Positions 1-12,206 of a stretch of DNA of 64,000 bases are shown piece after piece. The DNA is taken from contig CM052816.1 in NCBI GenBank assembly GCA_028534125.1, positions 100,442,001 through 100,506,000 of the forward strand, given 5' to 3'. The stretch comes from Lama glama (lineage: Eukaryota). Position 1 is the first letter of the stretch. Each line of letters opens with the position of its first letter. The notes under the pieces were generated by a model, which worked only from the letters and a program-made list of their open reading frames with translations, made no database searches and was not told the origin of the DNA. Both the position numbers and the translations under genes were made by a program.

Positions 1-128
1 CCCTTCCTGCTCCTCTTCCTCTGCTTCCTGCTCCTCTTCCTCCAGTTTCTGTTCTTCTTCCTCCATTTCCTGCTCTTCTTCCTCTGCTTCCTGTTCCTCT
101 TCTTCCACTTTCTGCTCCTCTTCCTTTT
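1..128. repeat. CT-rich tandem repeat, ~21-bp unit (CTTCCTGCTCCTCTTCCTCTG), about 6 degenerate copies, possibly cut by the window edge
   Basis: The unit is visible directly: cttcctgctcctcttcctctg / cttcctgctcctcttcctccag / tttctgttcttcttcctccat and so on. The + strand is almost purely pyrimidine. Confidence 0.85.
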
Positions 129-1289
129 TCGTTTTGTCTCTTTTTGTTTCCTAAACTAAATCCCTTTTTCAAACCAAGGGGGGAATTTGCTTTAGTCTCT
201 CTCTTTTATTTTCTAGAGATTCAGATATGTTTCCAGATTTATATTCTTACCACTTTCCTTTTTTTCTGTAGTGTCTTCTATTTCATTATCTACTGTAACA
301 TTTTGTGCTGCCAATTAAATGGTAACTTTTGAGATACCTGTCGTTCCCGAGAAGCCGCCTGCGCTCCACTGTCGCGGGAGGTAAGAATGCCTCTGCGTCC
401 CTTCCACCTGCATTCAACCTCTGTGAGGCAAATGAAGATGGAATGTCCTTAGGAGCAACTTTTGAAAAGGTACTTAGATAGTGGTTAGTGGTCTCCTGAT
501 TAAAATATCATAGTTTTGGTTGTAAAAGGGTTATTTTTCTAAAACATAGTTTGGAGAGAACATGCTAAAATCACAAATACTTGTCAGCAAGTGCTAATCT
601 TAAGACAGAGATTATCACTTCCAGAGATATGTATTGAGTCCCCTCCCCAAGGGGCTGTGGTTCTGCTTGGGGGTCCAGTGTGGAGAAGTTGTGGGGGAGC
701 AGGGGTGCTCAGGACGGAGTGGGACTCGATTTGCGTGCCTCCGGTCCGTCGTGGAGACGCTAACTCCGTTGGTGCTGCCTGAACTGGCCCTGTTGGCTGC
801 TGCTGGGACTGCGGCGAGTGAAGGCCCTCAGTCTTCTCCACAAGAGGCTGTGTTAATCCAGGACTTGCCCACCCAGCACAGGTGGAGTCGATCTGCGAAC
901 CCGAGGTGCACGGCATCGCAGCTGTCCCGTGACGTCGCCTCGCTGACTCAGATCCTCGGCGCTCTCCGTGGAGTCGGATCCTGTCCTCGGTGTCGCTGAT
1001 CTCGCCCGCCTTTGTGCCAACACGCATCTGACAGCCCTGGCTCCCGCGTCTCCTTCCGGCTTGCGGGTGCAGACGCTCCCCTCGCACTCTCCTGTTACCG
1101 GCTTAGTCTGCTTCTGCGTTACTCATTACCTAGTTTTATCTGTAGACGACTTATTTTAAGAACAATTCTTTGAGAGTTATTCGTATTACTTTACGAAAGA
1201 CTTCCGGTGATTAAAATCATTCAGTGCTAGTCTAGGAAAAGACAGAACCAAGAATGGAATTGAATTCCTTGTCCGAGGAAAGATGAAAA

Positions 1290-2003
1290 GCAGAGTGGCA
1301 GCTGACAAATTACAAAGGAGGCCAGAAAACATGACCAGAAAATCATGGGGTACTTACTCCATGATGAAACTCCTGGCCACTCATTTGGGAAAAAGAAACA
1401 CCTCCAATGGAGAAATCTTAATGTAAAAATTCATCTGATAAAATACAACTATGCATCTTACACAAAAATAAATTTAAGGTGGGTAAAAACATTCAGATAC
1501 AAACAATAAGTAAATAAATAAACCACAAAAGTTTAGGGAGAAAATTAAGGGCATTTTCATTAGGTTGCTCTGGTTTTCGGGGTGAACTTCCTAAATATGG
1601 ATTGAAATTATCCTGACAAAGAATGAAAAACTTGACTAATAAAAATGTAAAGTCTACCCAGGGCAAAAAAGAGCAAACATCAAGTGAGAGGAAATGATAA
1701 AATGAAAAAGAAATACGACATTTAAGGCAAACTGAGAAGGGGATACACGCTCAGCAGTTCGAGACCAGACGCAGGAGGAGCAGCCGCCACGCCTGGGGCC
1801 TCAGACCCACCGAAGCTCTGCCGCGCGCCGACGGCAGGAAGCGCCAGGGACGTGGAAACGCAAAGTCCGTGTTTTCGAACCGGCGAACACTTCACTAAAG
1901 GCGACAGCCAGGTGGGCACTGTCCACAGCGTCAGGTCACAGCCCAGGCTGCAGGTTTTCTGGAGGAAATTAACAGGACGTATTTAAATCCAAAATGTACA
2001 CGT
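1290..2003 (+). mobile_element. Old L1 (L1M/L1ME-like) ORF2 3' region fragment
   Basis: A-rich sequence with L1 ORF2 hallmarks (catcttacacaaaaataaattt, aaatgtaaagtct, ttttctggaggaaatt...aaaatgtacac). Highly diverged; boundaries approximate. Confidence 0.6.
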
Positions 2004-2079
2004 TCGCTAAAAGGATGATTTCCCCTTCCTTCTTAGTCACCACCTGGTTATTATTATCTGTGTTACATTTTTGGAAAAA

Positions 2080-2280
2080 TTTTTAAAATTAAGGCATAGT
2101 CAGTTACAATGTTGTGTCAGTTTCTGGTGCACAGCATCATGTTTCAGTCACGCATATATATATATACATATATTGATCTCCATGTTCGTTTTCATTATAG
2201 GCCACTGCAAGATACTGAATATAGTTCCCTGTGCTCTACAGTAAAAACTTCTTGTTTATCTATTTTATATACAGTAGTTA
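2080..2280 (-). mobile_element. L1 3' UTR end (cetartiodactyl/camelid L1), 5'-truncated
   Basis: ttacaatgttgtgtcagtttctggtgcacagc...aatatagttccctgtgctctacagta...tttatctattttatatacagtag is the reverse complement of the L1 tail seen at ~7450-7640 and ~45830-46030. Confidence 0.9.
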
Positions 2281-2285
2281 GGTTA

Positions 2286-2402
2286 TTTCTTTTTTTTTTT
2301 TTACTTTTTAAAAATTTATTTTGTTTTTTTAGTGGAGGTACTGGAGATTGAACGCAGGACCTCATGCATGCTAAGCATGCGCTCTACCACTGAGATATAC
2401 CA
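2286..2402 (-). mobile_element. tRNA-Ala-derived SINE (camelid vic-1-like)
   Basis: The reverse complement reads GGTATATCTCAGTGGTAGAGCGCATGCTTAGCATGCATGAGGTCCTGCGTTCAATCTCCAGTACCTCCA, tRNA-Ala(AGC)-like with A and B boxes, followed by an A-rich tail. Confidence 0.92.
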
Positions 2403-5400
2403 TGCCGTGTATTACTTTTGATAAACATGTAGCACTTTTTTAAAACTTGAAAATTCTAAATCCGATTTGCAGAGCAAAATTTACTCTTTCGTTCTGCCCT
2501 GTCTTGCTCCGGGAAGAGTGGGAGGGGCTTCTGAGTCCACAGGAAAAGACATCAGGGTCTCTGAAGGGTGAGAGCTGGGGGAGGAGGAGACGAGAGGGCG
2601 GGGCCACTGGGGACCAGGAGGAGGCGGGTGTTGGAACTTCTGTGCACTTTTTCTGCTTTCTGATTCCCATCAGCTAATTTGGAAAAAAAAAAAAAGGAAC
2701 TGTGTCTGGGAGACAACACGCAAAGGACTTGTTTGAGCAAAGTGTCCTCGATCTCGCTGAGCCCGTCAGAAGCCCCTCTTGTAAGCAGGGTCCCAGGGAT
2801 GGCTTCCTTCCAGCTGCCAGGGAGAAAGGACCTCTGGCTAACGAGGCGGGAGCTTCCCTAGAGCACGCTTCTCACCCCCCCATCCCCACCACTTCGTGAG
2901 GTTGGGGAGATCTCTGCTGCTCTGTGCGACCCTGGCTGTCCCCGCGGAGGCCAGGCCCCCAGGCCCTCGTCTTCAAGGTTCCCATCTTAAGCCGTGCTGG
3001 GCTGAGCAGAGGGCTCGGCACCCTTCCTTGGTAACTCCGTGACCCGCGTGACTTCTTTGATGACATGACCTGGGGGTAAAACCGGGAGACTGAGCCTCCA
3101 AGCCCCTCGTTCTGCTGAGACTTTTCTGGGTAACCCACCCTTCCCTTCTCTTAAATCCTCAGCGCAAGCTAACACACAGAATTTGGGCATCTAAGCAGCG
3201 TGATGGTATGAGCGAGCTCACTGCACACGGTCTGCTCTGCTGCAGAGCCTGGTGAGCCCAGCTGGTCTCCGGCGTGAGCCTCTGTGTGTCCGTCAAGGCA
3301 CCCACCAGTCCTCCAAGCTGCGAGCCAGAGTCAGGCCACAAAGCCTTCTAAGGAGGTTTGGATCTGGAGTTTGGAAGCTGCTCATTTTGAAGTCCCACTT
3401 TGGGTTGTGTCTGCCGACTCTGCCACGGCTGCTGTAACGGGTCAGGCTGTTTGCGGGGCCGAGCGGAAGCGCCACAGCCCGCACGCAGCCACGTCTTCGC
3501 TGGTGGGGTTGGTCGGCTTTCCAGCCGCTCTGTCAGCACGTGGTCCCTCCCGACTCGTGCACCTTCGGCAGGACAAGGCCACAGCCTGGGGTGTGATGTC
3601 TGTGGGCATCTGTGCTGGACTTCACTCCACGTCAACAGGGATGTCTTCCCTTTGCAAGATCTCGTCGTCTGTTTGAAGCCATGTCCTAGAATTTGCTCCG
3701 TAGTCTCTCCAAGCCATGGCTGTTCCCCACCAGGTGCTGCACGACCGTGTTTGGAACAAAATGTTGGGCTGGCCTGGGGTGGAGATGCAAATGGTCCAGC
3801 GAGAGCCGTCAGGTCGGTAAAGTCTGAGCCCACGAGATGCGACCTCGTCCCAGCAGCTCCCCTTCCCCTGACAAGGCCTTCCTCCCTCCCCTCCGTCCCC
3901 TTGCGTCACTGTCTCCTCCGCCCGCTTTACTCCCCCCCATACTCTTGCTCCACAGTTTAAGTTGTTTTCTGTGAGAACGGATTGAAACCTATACATTTTA
4001 AAGAACTAGTAATTAAAATAAATGCACTGTGGGCTGCGTGAAAGGTTGCCAGCTTTTATTTAAGCCAAAAAGGCCATTAAAAATATACAAAAAGCACAGC
4101 TAGGACTCCAACATATCACTATGTTGTGTGAAGGAAAGGGCGTTCTCTCCTCCAAACCACAGAGAGCAGCAACCTCAGAAGGGAAATGGTCCATCCCAAG
4201 CACGGTCCCTGGCCACCCGGAGCCCCCACGCACCGCCTTCTTCTCGCTGCCTGCCTTTGCTCCCGGACTCCTGGAAACCGCGTGGCTGAGCGGCACCTGG
4301 GAGCCACTCGCCACCGCTCGCTCGCCGGCTGTGGGGTCAAGTTTCCACCTCGGCTGTAAATGGAATGAAACCCAGTTGTTACTTAGTCTCCAGGCAGGAA
4401 TAATTTACGAATCTCCCTAAGCATGCTTCTGTCCATTGGAAACGGATGAAAAATAAACAGGTTCTGGAGTCACTTCCAGAAGAACCGTCTCATTCATCAA
4501 CTTTTACTCAAAGTCTGTTCGCCAACTCCCACTTAAGCTAAGTTTCGTTACCAAAGATGCTCTTTGATCTGCCACCCTGAGAACATCACGCCACGTGGGA
4601 TGTGGCTTTGGCATCCATCTGGTTCTTCCTTGGCTTTTGGTGATTCTGTGATGTGGAGCCGGCTGAGGAATGCACTGGCTTTGGATTTTATAATTTATGT
4701 GCACTGCTGGCTTTGGGGACTCAGAGCATTTCAAAGAGGCAGACTTTAATTTCTTTGTCTGAATTTGTTCTGGCTGAGAGTCCTGTGTCATTGCTCAAAT
4801 CATGCCAGTTACTTGCTCACAGTGTATCGTTATTGAAGGACTGGAGCTTAGGACAAAACGAAAGTAGAAGTACCGAAGCTAACGTGGCAGTACTTCTGCA
4901 AGAAAACACAGATCCAGCAATCGGCTTGTTAGAACTTCGCTCTTTGCTGTGATTTTGGATTGAGTCATGCAAAGTGTCTTGGAGGAAGCCCATAACTGAG
5001 TGACTGGCTGGGTGAACTCAACCAGTCAAAACGATCCATCGTCTACAACAGACACAAATGGGGCCCATCCCGGTGTGCAGCAGCTCGGCAAGGAGAAGGG
5101 CACGGGCCTTGGTACCCTTCGCAGCGTACGTAGTCGTCAGGTTGACCGGATCGCTGTTTATCCAGGCACACTTAATTTCCAGGATGGAACACTTGCCAGA
5201 TTGGAAGTTATTGGTTGAACAAATGAATAAGTCTCTCTCCTTCTCAGGTTGCTACAGAGCTTTGCCGCTGACAGAGGATGCCAGTCATCAGCTCAACGGT
5301 GGCGCAGCGTCAAAATCACCTTTGGGTTTCTGAAGCCCCTCCATCCATCTATCTGGCTGGTCATGTAACCCTACAGATGGTGATGGTGGGTGACGCTGGC

Positions 5401-5584
5401 TGTGTGACTCAGCTGCAGAGAGGATGGAAGAAGAAAGACATGGCCCGTGGCCAGGCTCATCAGAAGACCAGAGGGTGTCAACACCGCGGTTACAGCACTG
5501 AGGGTCAGCGGAGTTTTGTGAGTTCTACAAGGTGAGTGAGAAGGCTGCTGTGTGCTCATTGACCATCCATGAATTATGCCTTTA

Positions 5585-5678
5585 GTTTTATTTTATTTAT
5601 TTATTATTTTTTTACTGGGGATTGAATCCAGGCCCTCACATATGCTAAGCATGCACTCTACCACTGAGCTATACACCC
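5585..5678 (-). mobile_element. tRNA-Ala-derived SINE (vic-1-like) with 15-bp target-site duplication
   Basis: The reverse complement reads GGGTGTATAGCTCAGTGGTAGAGTGCATGCTTAGCATATGTGAGGGCCTGGATTCAATCCCCAGT plus an (AAAT)n tail. Flanks tgaattatgccttta (5570-5584) and tgaattatgctttta (5679-5693) differ by 1 base. Confidence 0.93.
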
Positions 5679-6254
5679 TGAATTATGCTTTTAAATTTAT
5701 ATTTTTCTCTCTTAAGAAAGATGTTTCCAATGAGAAGGCACATTAAACCCAAGGCCCATTTTAAGCTGTGGTACTGAAGGTCAGAATAGTCAGAATGTAC
5801 ATCGTATTATGGTTGTATGTCCTTCAGTGCCAGCAAACATTCTCTGGCTGGGAGTTGATTTACTACATAGAACCAGCCCAAAGTCTCTTAACACTTAGCA
5901 GGTGAAGAAAATTTAAATGCAAAATCCGTAACCAAGAGAGCAGTACTGTTTTATTTGGTGTCTTAAAATAAAATGTGTTTATGAATAATGAGGCCGATTA
6001 TCCTTGCAATTTTAAACATGTGTTTTATAAAATGATTCCAAAAGGAAAGTTTTTAAAAAGTTCTTCTAAAAGAAACTTTTAGAGCAATGGCTTTATTATT
6101 AGAATAAAGATACACTAAAACTAACACCCATCAACCCAGCTTGGTAGGTGCTGTACGTGCAGAGTCTCACGCGCTATCTCAGGTGCTTTCTACCGCCCTT
6201 TCCTCTTCGTTTCTAGTTTCTTTGAAAGGACAATTGGCTTTGAAGCCTGATAAA

Positions 6255-7006
6255 GTTTTCGCTTTCATCAAAGGACACAGAATAAAAAGACAACAGAGTA
6301 AAAAGGCAAGCCACAGAATGGAGTAAAATATCTGCAAATCACGTATCTGACAAGGGGTTAATATCTAGAATGTGTAAAGAACACATACTGCTCAACAGCA
6401 AAGAAACAGACGACTTGATTACAGAATGACAAGGGACTCGGACAGACGTTTCTCCATAGAAGACGTACACATGGCCAATAAGCACATGAGAAGATGTTCA
6501 GTGTTGCTAATCACTAGGGAAATGCAAATTGAAACCACAATGAGATATTACTTCAGACTCATTAAAATGGCTTCCACCAAAAAATTCTAGAAAATAACAA
6601 AGTGTTGACAAGGATGTAGGCAAGTTGGATCCTTTGTGCCTGGTTGGTGGGGATGTAAAATGCTGTGGCCACTGTGGAAAACAGTGTGGCAGTTTCTCAA
6701 AGAGTGGAAATTAGAATGACCATGTGACCCAGCTATTCTACTCCTGGCTGGATGCTCAAAATAATTGAAAACAAAGATTAGAAGCCATATCTGTGCACAG
6801 TGTTCAAAGCAGCACAGCCAAAATGTGGAAGCACCCCAAGTACCCACTGAGAGACGGATGGATAAACAAACTGTGATCCATCCACACAGCGGGATATGGT
6901 TTGTCTTAAAAATAAAGGAAACTCTGACACATGCTGCAACATTGATCAACCTTGAAGGTGTTATGTTAAATAAGCTGTTCACAAAAGGATAAATACCCGT
7001 CTGATT
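6255..7006 (+). mobile_element. L1MB-like element, ORF2 3' part (left piece, interrupted by a younger L1)
   Basis: Classic L1 ORF2 3' sequence: aaaaggcaagccacagaatggag...atctgacaaggggttaatatctagaat...gggaaatgcaaattgaaaccacaatgagat...ggccactgtggaaaacagt...acacatgctgcaacattgatcaaccttgaag. Multiple frameshifts. Confidence 0.9.
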
Positions 7007-7008
7007 CC

Positions 7009-7665
7009 TGACCCAGCAATCCCACTCCTGGGCATGTGTCTAGAGGAAACTCTAGTTTGAAAAGACACATTGACCCCAGTGTTCATAGCAGCACTGTTTA
7101 CAACAGCCAGACATGGAATCAAAATGTCAATCGAAAGATGATTATAGAGAAGTTGTGAGAGAGAGATATATATAAAATATTATTTATAATGGAATACTAC
7201 TCAGTCATGAAAAAGAGCAAAATAATGTCATTTGCGGCAACACGGATGATCATCACACTTAGTGAAGTAAGTCAGACAGAGAAAGACAAACACCACATGA
7301 CATCACTTATCTGTGGAATCTAAAAAAAAATGACACAGATGAGCTTATTTTCAAAACTGAGACAGGCTCACAGACACAGAACACAAGCTCATGGTTACCC
7401 GGGGGGCAAGCGGGTGGGAAGGGATAAATTGGGAGTTTGAGACTTGCAGATACTGACTGCTATATGTAATATGGCTAAACAACATGTTTCTACTGTAGAG
7501 CAGAGGGAACCATATTCAGTACCTTGTAGTAACCGATAGTGAAAAAGAGTCTGAAAAGGAATATACATACGTCCATATATGACTGAAACATGATGCTATG
7601 CACCAGAAATGGGCACACTGTAACTGACTATACTTCAATTAAAGCCATATTAAAAAAAACACAAA
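7009..7665 (+). mobile_element. Younger 5'-truncated L1 (ORF2 end + 3' UTR + poly-A) nested in the L1MB-like copy
   Basis: Starts tgacccagcaatcccactcctggg, contains atggaatactactcagtcatgaaaaag and agtgaagtaagtcagacagagaaagacaaa, and ends cttcaattaaa followed by an A-rich tail. Confidence 0.9.
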
Positions 7666-7908
7666 AAATGCTGTATGATTTAATTTATAAGAATTGTCAA
7701 GTTCATTGAGACAGAAAGCAGAATGGCGGTTGCCAGAGGATTGGGGAGAGAGGATGAGGAATCAGTGTGTCGTGAGCTGTGCATCAGCTCTGGGGAGGGG
7801 TGGTGGTGACTCAGCTCAATGATGTAAATTTACGTAAAGCCACTAACTGTACACCTGAAAGTGGTTAAAATGCCAAATATTATCTATAGTCTACCAAAGT
7901 TAAAAAAC
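7666..7908 (+). mobile_element. L1MB-like 3' UTR (right piece, continuing 6255-7006)
   Basis: aaatgctgtatgatt...ttcattgagacagaaagcagaatggcggttgccagagg...gccactaactgtacacctgaaagtggttaaaatg matches the L1MB 3' end and resumes where the left piece stops. Confidence 0.85.
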
Positions 7909-10549
7909 AGGACAAAAACGAAGCACAGAAAACATAATGGATTTCTTACCTCTGATTCCGGGCGGGTCTCTGTGCTAATTTCCTACCGACTTAGAGCAGT
8001 TCTGCCTTTGCTCTTTTGCCCCCCAGGTCAGTTCTCTGTCTGGGGCTCTGTCTGTCCGTCTCCTTGAGCCTGTCTGGCTCTGACGGAAGAGACACTTCTT
8101 CATTCGTGTGCCTGAGACATTCTGTCCCATCGGAACGTGGCTTTGCTCCGCCGTACCCTCATCTATTCAGCAGTTTTAACAAAGGGCTTGGTGGCCATGC
8201 CTTGATAAGAAGAAACAGTACCTTCCAATTCTGAAAGCCCCTTAATTTCTGGACTCTAATCTCTATTCCTCAATTTTTTTCTGAGCTACATCTTTCTTGT
8301 AGTATTATGTTAAATGCAGTCAAAAAAAAAAAAAAACCTGGCACATGCTGCTAACCTACCACCCTGTGAGCTCTTCCGTCTATCAGACGTGCTACATGCC
8401 ACTCAGGTGCTGCAGGTGAGAGCTCTATAAAGCATCCCACCCTCACAGATGGGTTGGCACCCTTACAAGCTCCCCTCAATCAGGGCCGCGTGCTTCAGGG
8501 TTTCTGCCATGACAGCGTCCCACTGCCGGACCAGCTCTCCCAGCACATGTGGTAAGCCAAGTTATTTTTTGGTGACGGACAACCCTCAAGTGTCAGTAGT
8601 TTAAAACCACATTTCTTCCTTTCCTCCTCATCCTGAATCCCCATCCGGGGCCACCTGATAAGCTGTGCTGATTGTAATCTTTCAAGGACCCAGTTTGAAG
8701 GGAAACCGTAATCCTGAATGTCGCCAACAGCTGTGCGAAAGGCAAGAGAGCTCTGTTGGGGCCCCCTGAGGACCTGCCGGCTTCGCATCGTGAGATCTGG
8801 GGAACACGTGATGTTAAGGTCTCCTGTTTACCAAGCGTCTTGGCCTCTTGGCATTTTGAAGGACTCTTCAGCCTCCGTCAAGGACACGGCCTGGCGCTGA
8901 GTCCGGAGCTTCCCCGCCTCCCCTCTCCACGAGGTTCTGTCCCTTTCTGAGCCAGCCACCGGCTTTCCTTCCAGCTCCAGGAGAGGCCGACACGGACGCG
9001 CAGAGGGCTGCCTTCCTGACGGATCTCTCTGCCGACGTGGTTTGATGGGGTGCACTTGTGCAGCCTGGGGACCTGGCGACCTCCCCAGCAAACACCTGCT
9101 GGGACCCACCTGCAGCCAGGAGGCCCTGGACAGCAGCCCCTGAATCTCTTCTGTCTCCAGCCAGATAAAAGGGCAGAAACCTATGGTCTGCAAGCAGATG
9201 TTTTCAAGAAAATATTTTTGTTTTCCGACCGTATAAACATTTCAAATTGCAAATATGCAAAACCACAGGGAAGAGCCGAGGGGTGCGCTTCACACCCCAC
9301 CAGACTGCTCGCTGTCCTCTCTGAAGGTGAGCTCCCTGCTCCCGTGGGGACAGGACCCGCCCCAACGGAAAGAGCAGTGGCGCCTTCAGAACGTCGTGAG
9401 CCTTTAAGCTAGAGACAGAAGACTTTGGCTAAATCACAGTAATTTTTTCACCAGTTAGTAGAGGAACAAATTCTCCCGGGATAATGACAGTAGCTGGGCA
9501 GGCCACCCTCGCAGACGCCGCGCGCGCGTCGGCGGGTTCAGACGAGGGGTGAGGGCGCGCTGGGGTGAGCAGGTGCCCTCGCCCCGGGCTGCGCGCGTGA
9601 GCCTGCCAGCTGGGGCTCAGAGGTGCTGGAGTCTGGCCGCGGTGGAGGGTGCCTTCTTCACGGTGGCTCAGGTCACTGAACCTCAGGTGGCTTTCCCCAG
9701 CCAAGGGTGGGCGAGGCTTTTTCCGCAGGGGGGCTGCCCCAGCCCCCCTGCACGTGCTGGGCTCCTCAGCCGAACCCGGGAGAGGGGAGGCGCTCTCAGC
9801 AAGACGTGCGGCTGCTCAGGCCGTGACTGTGCCTCCCGCACGGAGGACCTCGGGGTGACTCTGCAGCGAGTGTCCAACCAGATCCCGTCCCTGCGATCTC
9901 ATGGCCGGAGACCTCAGGTCGATTTGGGAGGAAATGACAAATAGTGCTTTCAAGCCGTGTTGAATGGAGGTGAGCTACCAAGACACGTCCGTGCGTGCAG
10001 ACCTTCACGGGTCCAGCAGCAGCCCCCATATTCCTCACGTTTTAACTGAAACGTGAGCCACGCTGGGGGAATTGCAAACCCAGAATCGTGGTTTAGTTTC
10101 ACTCTTTATTAAAATTCTTCCTTAACCAATCTCCGTTTTCCTGGTTTCGGCCTTGTCAAATTATGCTAATCTTTTGGCTACTCAAAAGACATTAAAGTAG
10201 GTCCATGTCACTCTGCCTCCTGTGTCACGTGTGTGAGGGACGCTGGGGACGTTGTCTGTGTCTGCCCGTGGTCTCGGGTTCTCGCCAAGGGAATGAGAAC
10301 AGGGCCGTGGCCGTGGGGGGGCCCCGTGGGAGGCGCTAAGCGAGGGAATCACGGTTGGTTTTTATTCTGAACAGTCAGTAAAACAAGTAACAGTCAGTGG
10401 TGGTTAAGCTCAGACTTTGCCGGAATGTCTTTGACGTGGCAGTGCGGCCCCCGTCTGCGTGCAGATCACTGCCACCGGTGTGGCGTCCCAGGGTCCGTGC
10501 CTGCGGCCTGAGGACAGGGAGGTTTCTCCTTTAGAAAAGTATCTTTGCA

Positions 10550-10675
10550 GGGGAGGGTGTAGCTCAGTGACAGAGCATGTGCTTAGCTGCTGGGCTCAAT
10601 CCCCAGTACCTCCATTAAACAAATAAACTGAATTACTCCCCCCCAAAAAAATGACGAAAGAATAAAACCAGCTCT
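10550..10675 (+). mobile_element. tRNA-Ala-derived SINE (vic-1-like) with a small internal deletion
   Basis: ggggagggtgtagctcagtgacagagcatgtgcttagc[deletion]tgctgggctcaatccccagtacctcca, then the tail aaataaactgaattactcccccccaaaaaa. Degenerate TSD ttagaaaagtatctttg (10531-10547) / ttaaaaaatatcattg (10676-10691). Confidence 0.88.
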
Positions 10676-12092
10676 TTAAAAAATATCATTGAGGAAGTTC
10701 GTATTTCCACTCAGGCGTTACGCTGGGGACTCCTGGATACTGGGGCATCCATTAATTTGCAATAGAGCTGCGTTTTCATATTGTTGCAAATTCTGGAACT
10801 GTGGCTGTGAAGGGAGCACACAGCAGTGAGCCTGCCTCCGAAGACGTCTGTCCTTCCCTGAGCTGTACTGTCGGGGGCGGCCCTGCGGCGTGTGACGGAG
10901 CCCCCCAGGCCTTCCCTTAAGGCGGCACGTTGCGTGGAGGGCGACTGTCAGACTCCAGTCTCTTGAAGAAAATGAGTGCGCGTGCGCCCAGAGGCCCGAG
11001 ACTGCTAAGTTTAGCGAGGGCTGCTGGCAAGGCGGGCCCGCTGCTGGCATCTGGGGGACGGATTTATGGGGCACTCTCACCGCCCTGACTGGTAAGCGGG
11101 CCTCACTGTGCCCAGACCCTTGTCCAAATCCTGGGCTTAGGCTGAATCCTGCCTGCCTGCTGGGAGTCTGGAATTGCGGCAGGTGCCAGGCCGCAGGTGC
11201 CCACGCAACCGGCCCCTTTGGAACCGCTGCCCTGAGTCTCTAGGGGGCGTCCATGTCGTCACGGTGCGCTGCGGGGGGATCCAGCGTGCCCTGTGACCCC
11301 ACGGGGTGAGGGCTCTGGAAGCCGCGCCCAGTCTCCCCCGGCTCCCCCTTGCTCACCACGGTCTGTGCTGTTTTGATGTAACAACGCATGGCTGCACACT
11401 GCGGGTCCCCCTGGGAACGGCTGAAGGTGGCGGTGGTCCTGGGGACCCTGAAACCGCCAGCATCTTCTGAACGCAAGCCCTCACACCCCCTACAGGTCCT
11501 CAGTGAGCGTTTGCTCATGAGGTTGATAAACAGGGAACTTCGGGCACAGGGAGGCAGCAAGGAGCGCCCTGCAGAGGGAAGGCTGGGGTCAGAAGCGGAA
11601 ATCGGGGTGACGACGGAGGTGGTTGGGGACACGCGGCGGCAACGTCACATGGGAGGAGCATGCCGGGGAGCCCTCACCTGGTCTGCAGGTCGTGTCTGTG
11701 CTGGACAACAGGCTTCATGCTGGCCGGGGCTGGGCTGCGAGGTGCCGGAAATCACCCCGGCTGCTCTGTAGGCCTGGGGGTCAGCGCCATGCGTGCCCTG
11801 CTGCGGAACTGTGGGCCACCTCTGAGCAGGAAGGGGCGGGGGGTGGGCTGGAGGGCTTTGGAGAAGGCAATGCTCTGGTTTCTGGAACTTCTCCTATCTC
11901 TACGACCTGGATGGTGCGGCCAGAGGTCCTACCGAGGCTGAGGGACCCAGGCTGGACTTGGAGCAGCAATGAGGATGCTCTGTCATGTCACCCAGGACAA
12001 ACAGGGGAGGGACAGCGCTTCTCAGCTTCCTTGTGCCCAGGAAGGCTGAGAGGTGACCATGATCGCTGGTTGATGGGGTCCACTAGGACCAC

Positions 12093-12206
12093 CAGACTCT
12101 AGCAACCTTGAGGGCAGAGGCCGTGCCCTTTGTCTGCTTGTGCCCACGAGGCGTGCCCGCTGGGACCAGCACACCGACTTTCACCACGTGCTGTTGAATA
12201 AACATG
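12093..12206 (+). mobile_element. L2 3'-end remnant
   Basis: agactctagcaaccttgagggcagaggccgtgcc...ctgttgaataaacatg resembles the L2 terminal consensus (gactgtaagctccatgagggcaggga...tgttgaatgaatg). Confidence 0.6.

Noticed and set aside
690..1170. Possible GC-shifted antisense old L1 fragment
   Set aside because: Only short motifs (ctccacaagaggctgtg, ctttgtgccaacac) resemble L1. Too diverged to call without an HMM search.
2330..2402. Functional tRNA-Ala genes (also 5614-5678, 10550-10615, 52371-52443, 53482-53557)
   Set aside because: Stems or boxes are disrupted, and poly-A tails and target-site duplications are present. They are SINE copies, not tRNA genes.
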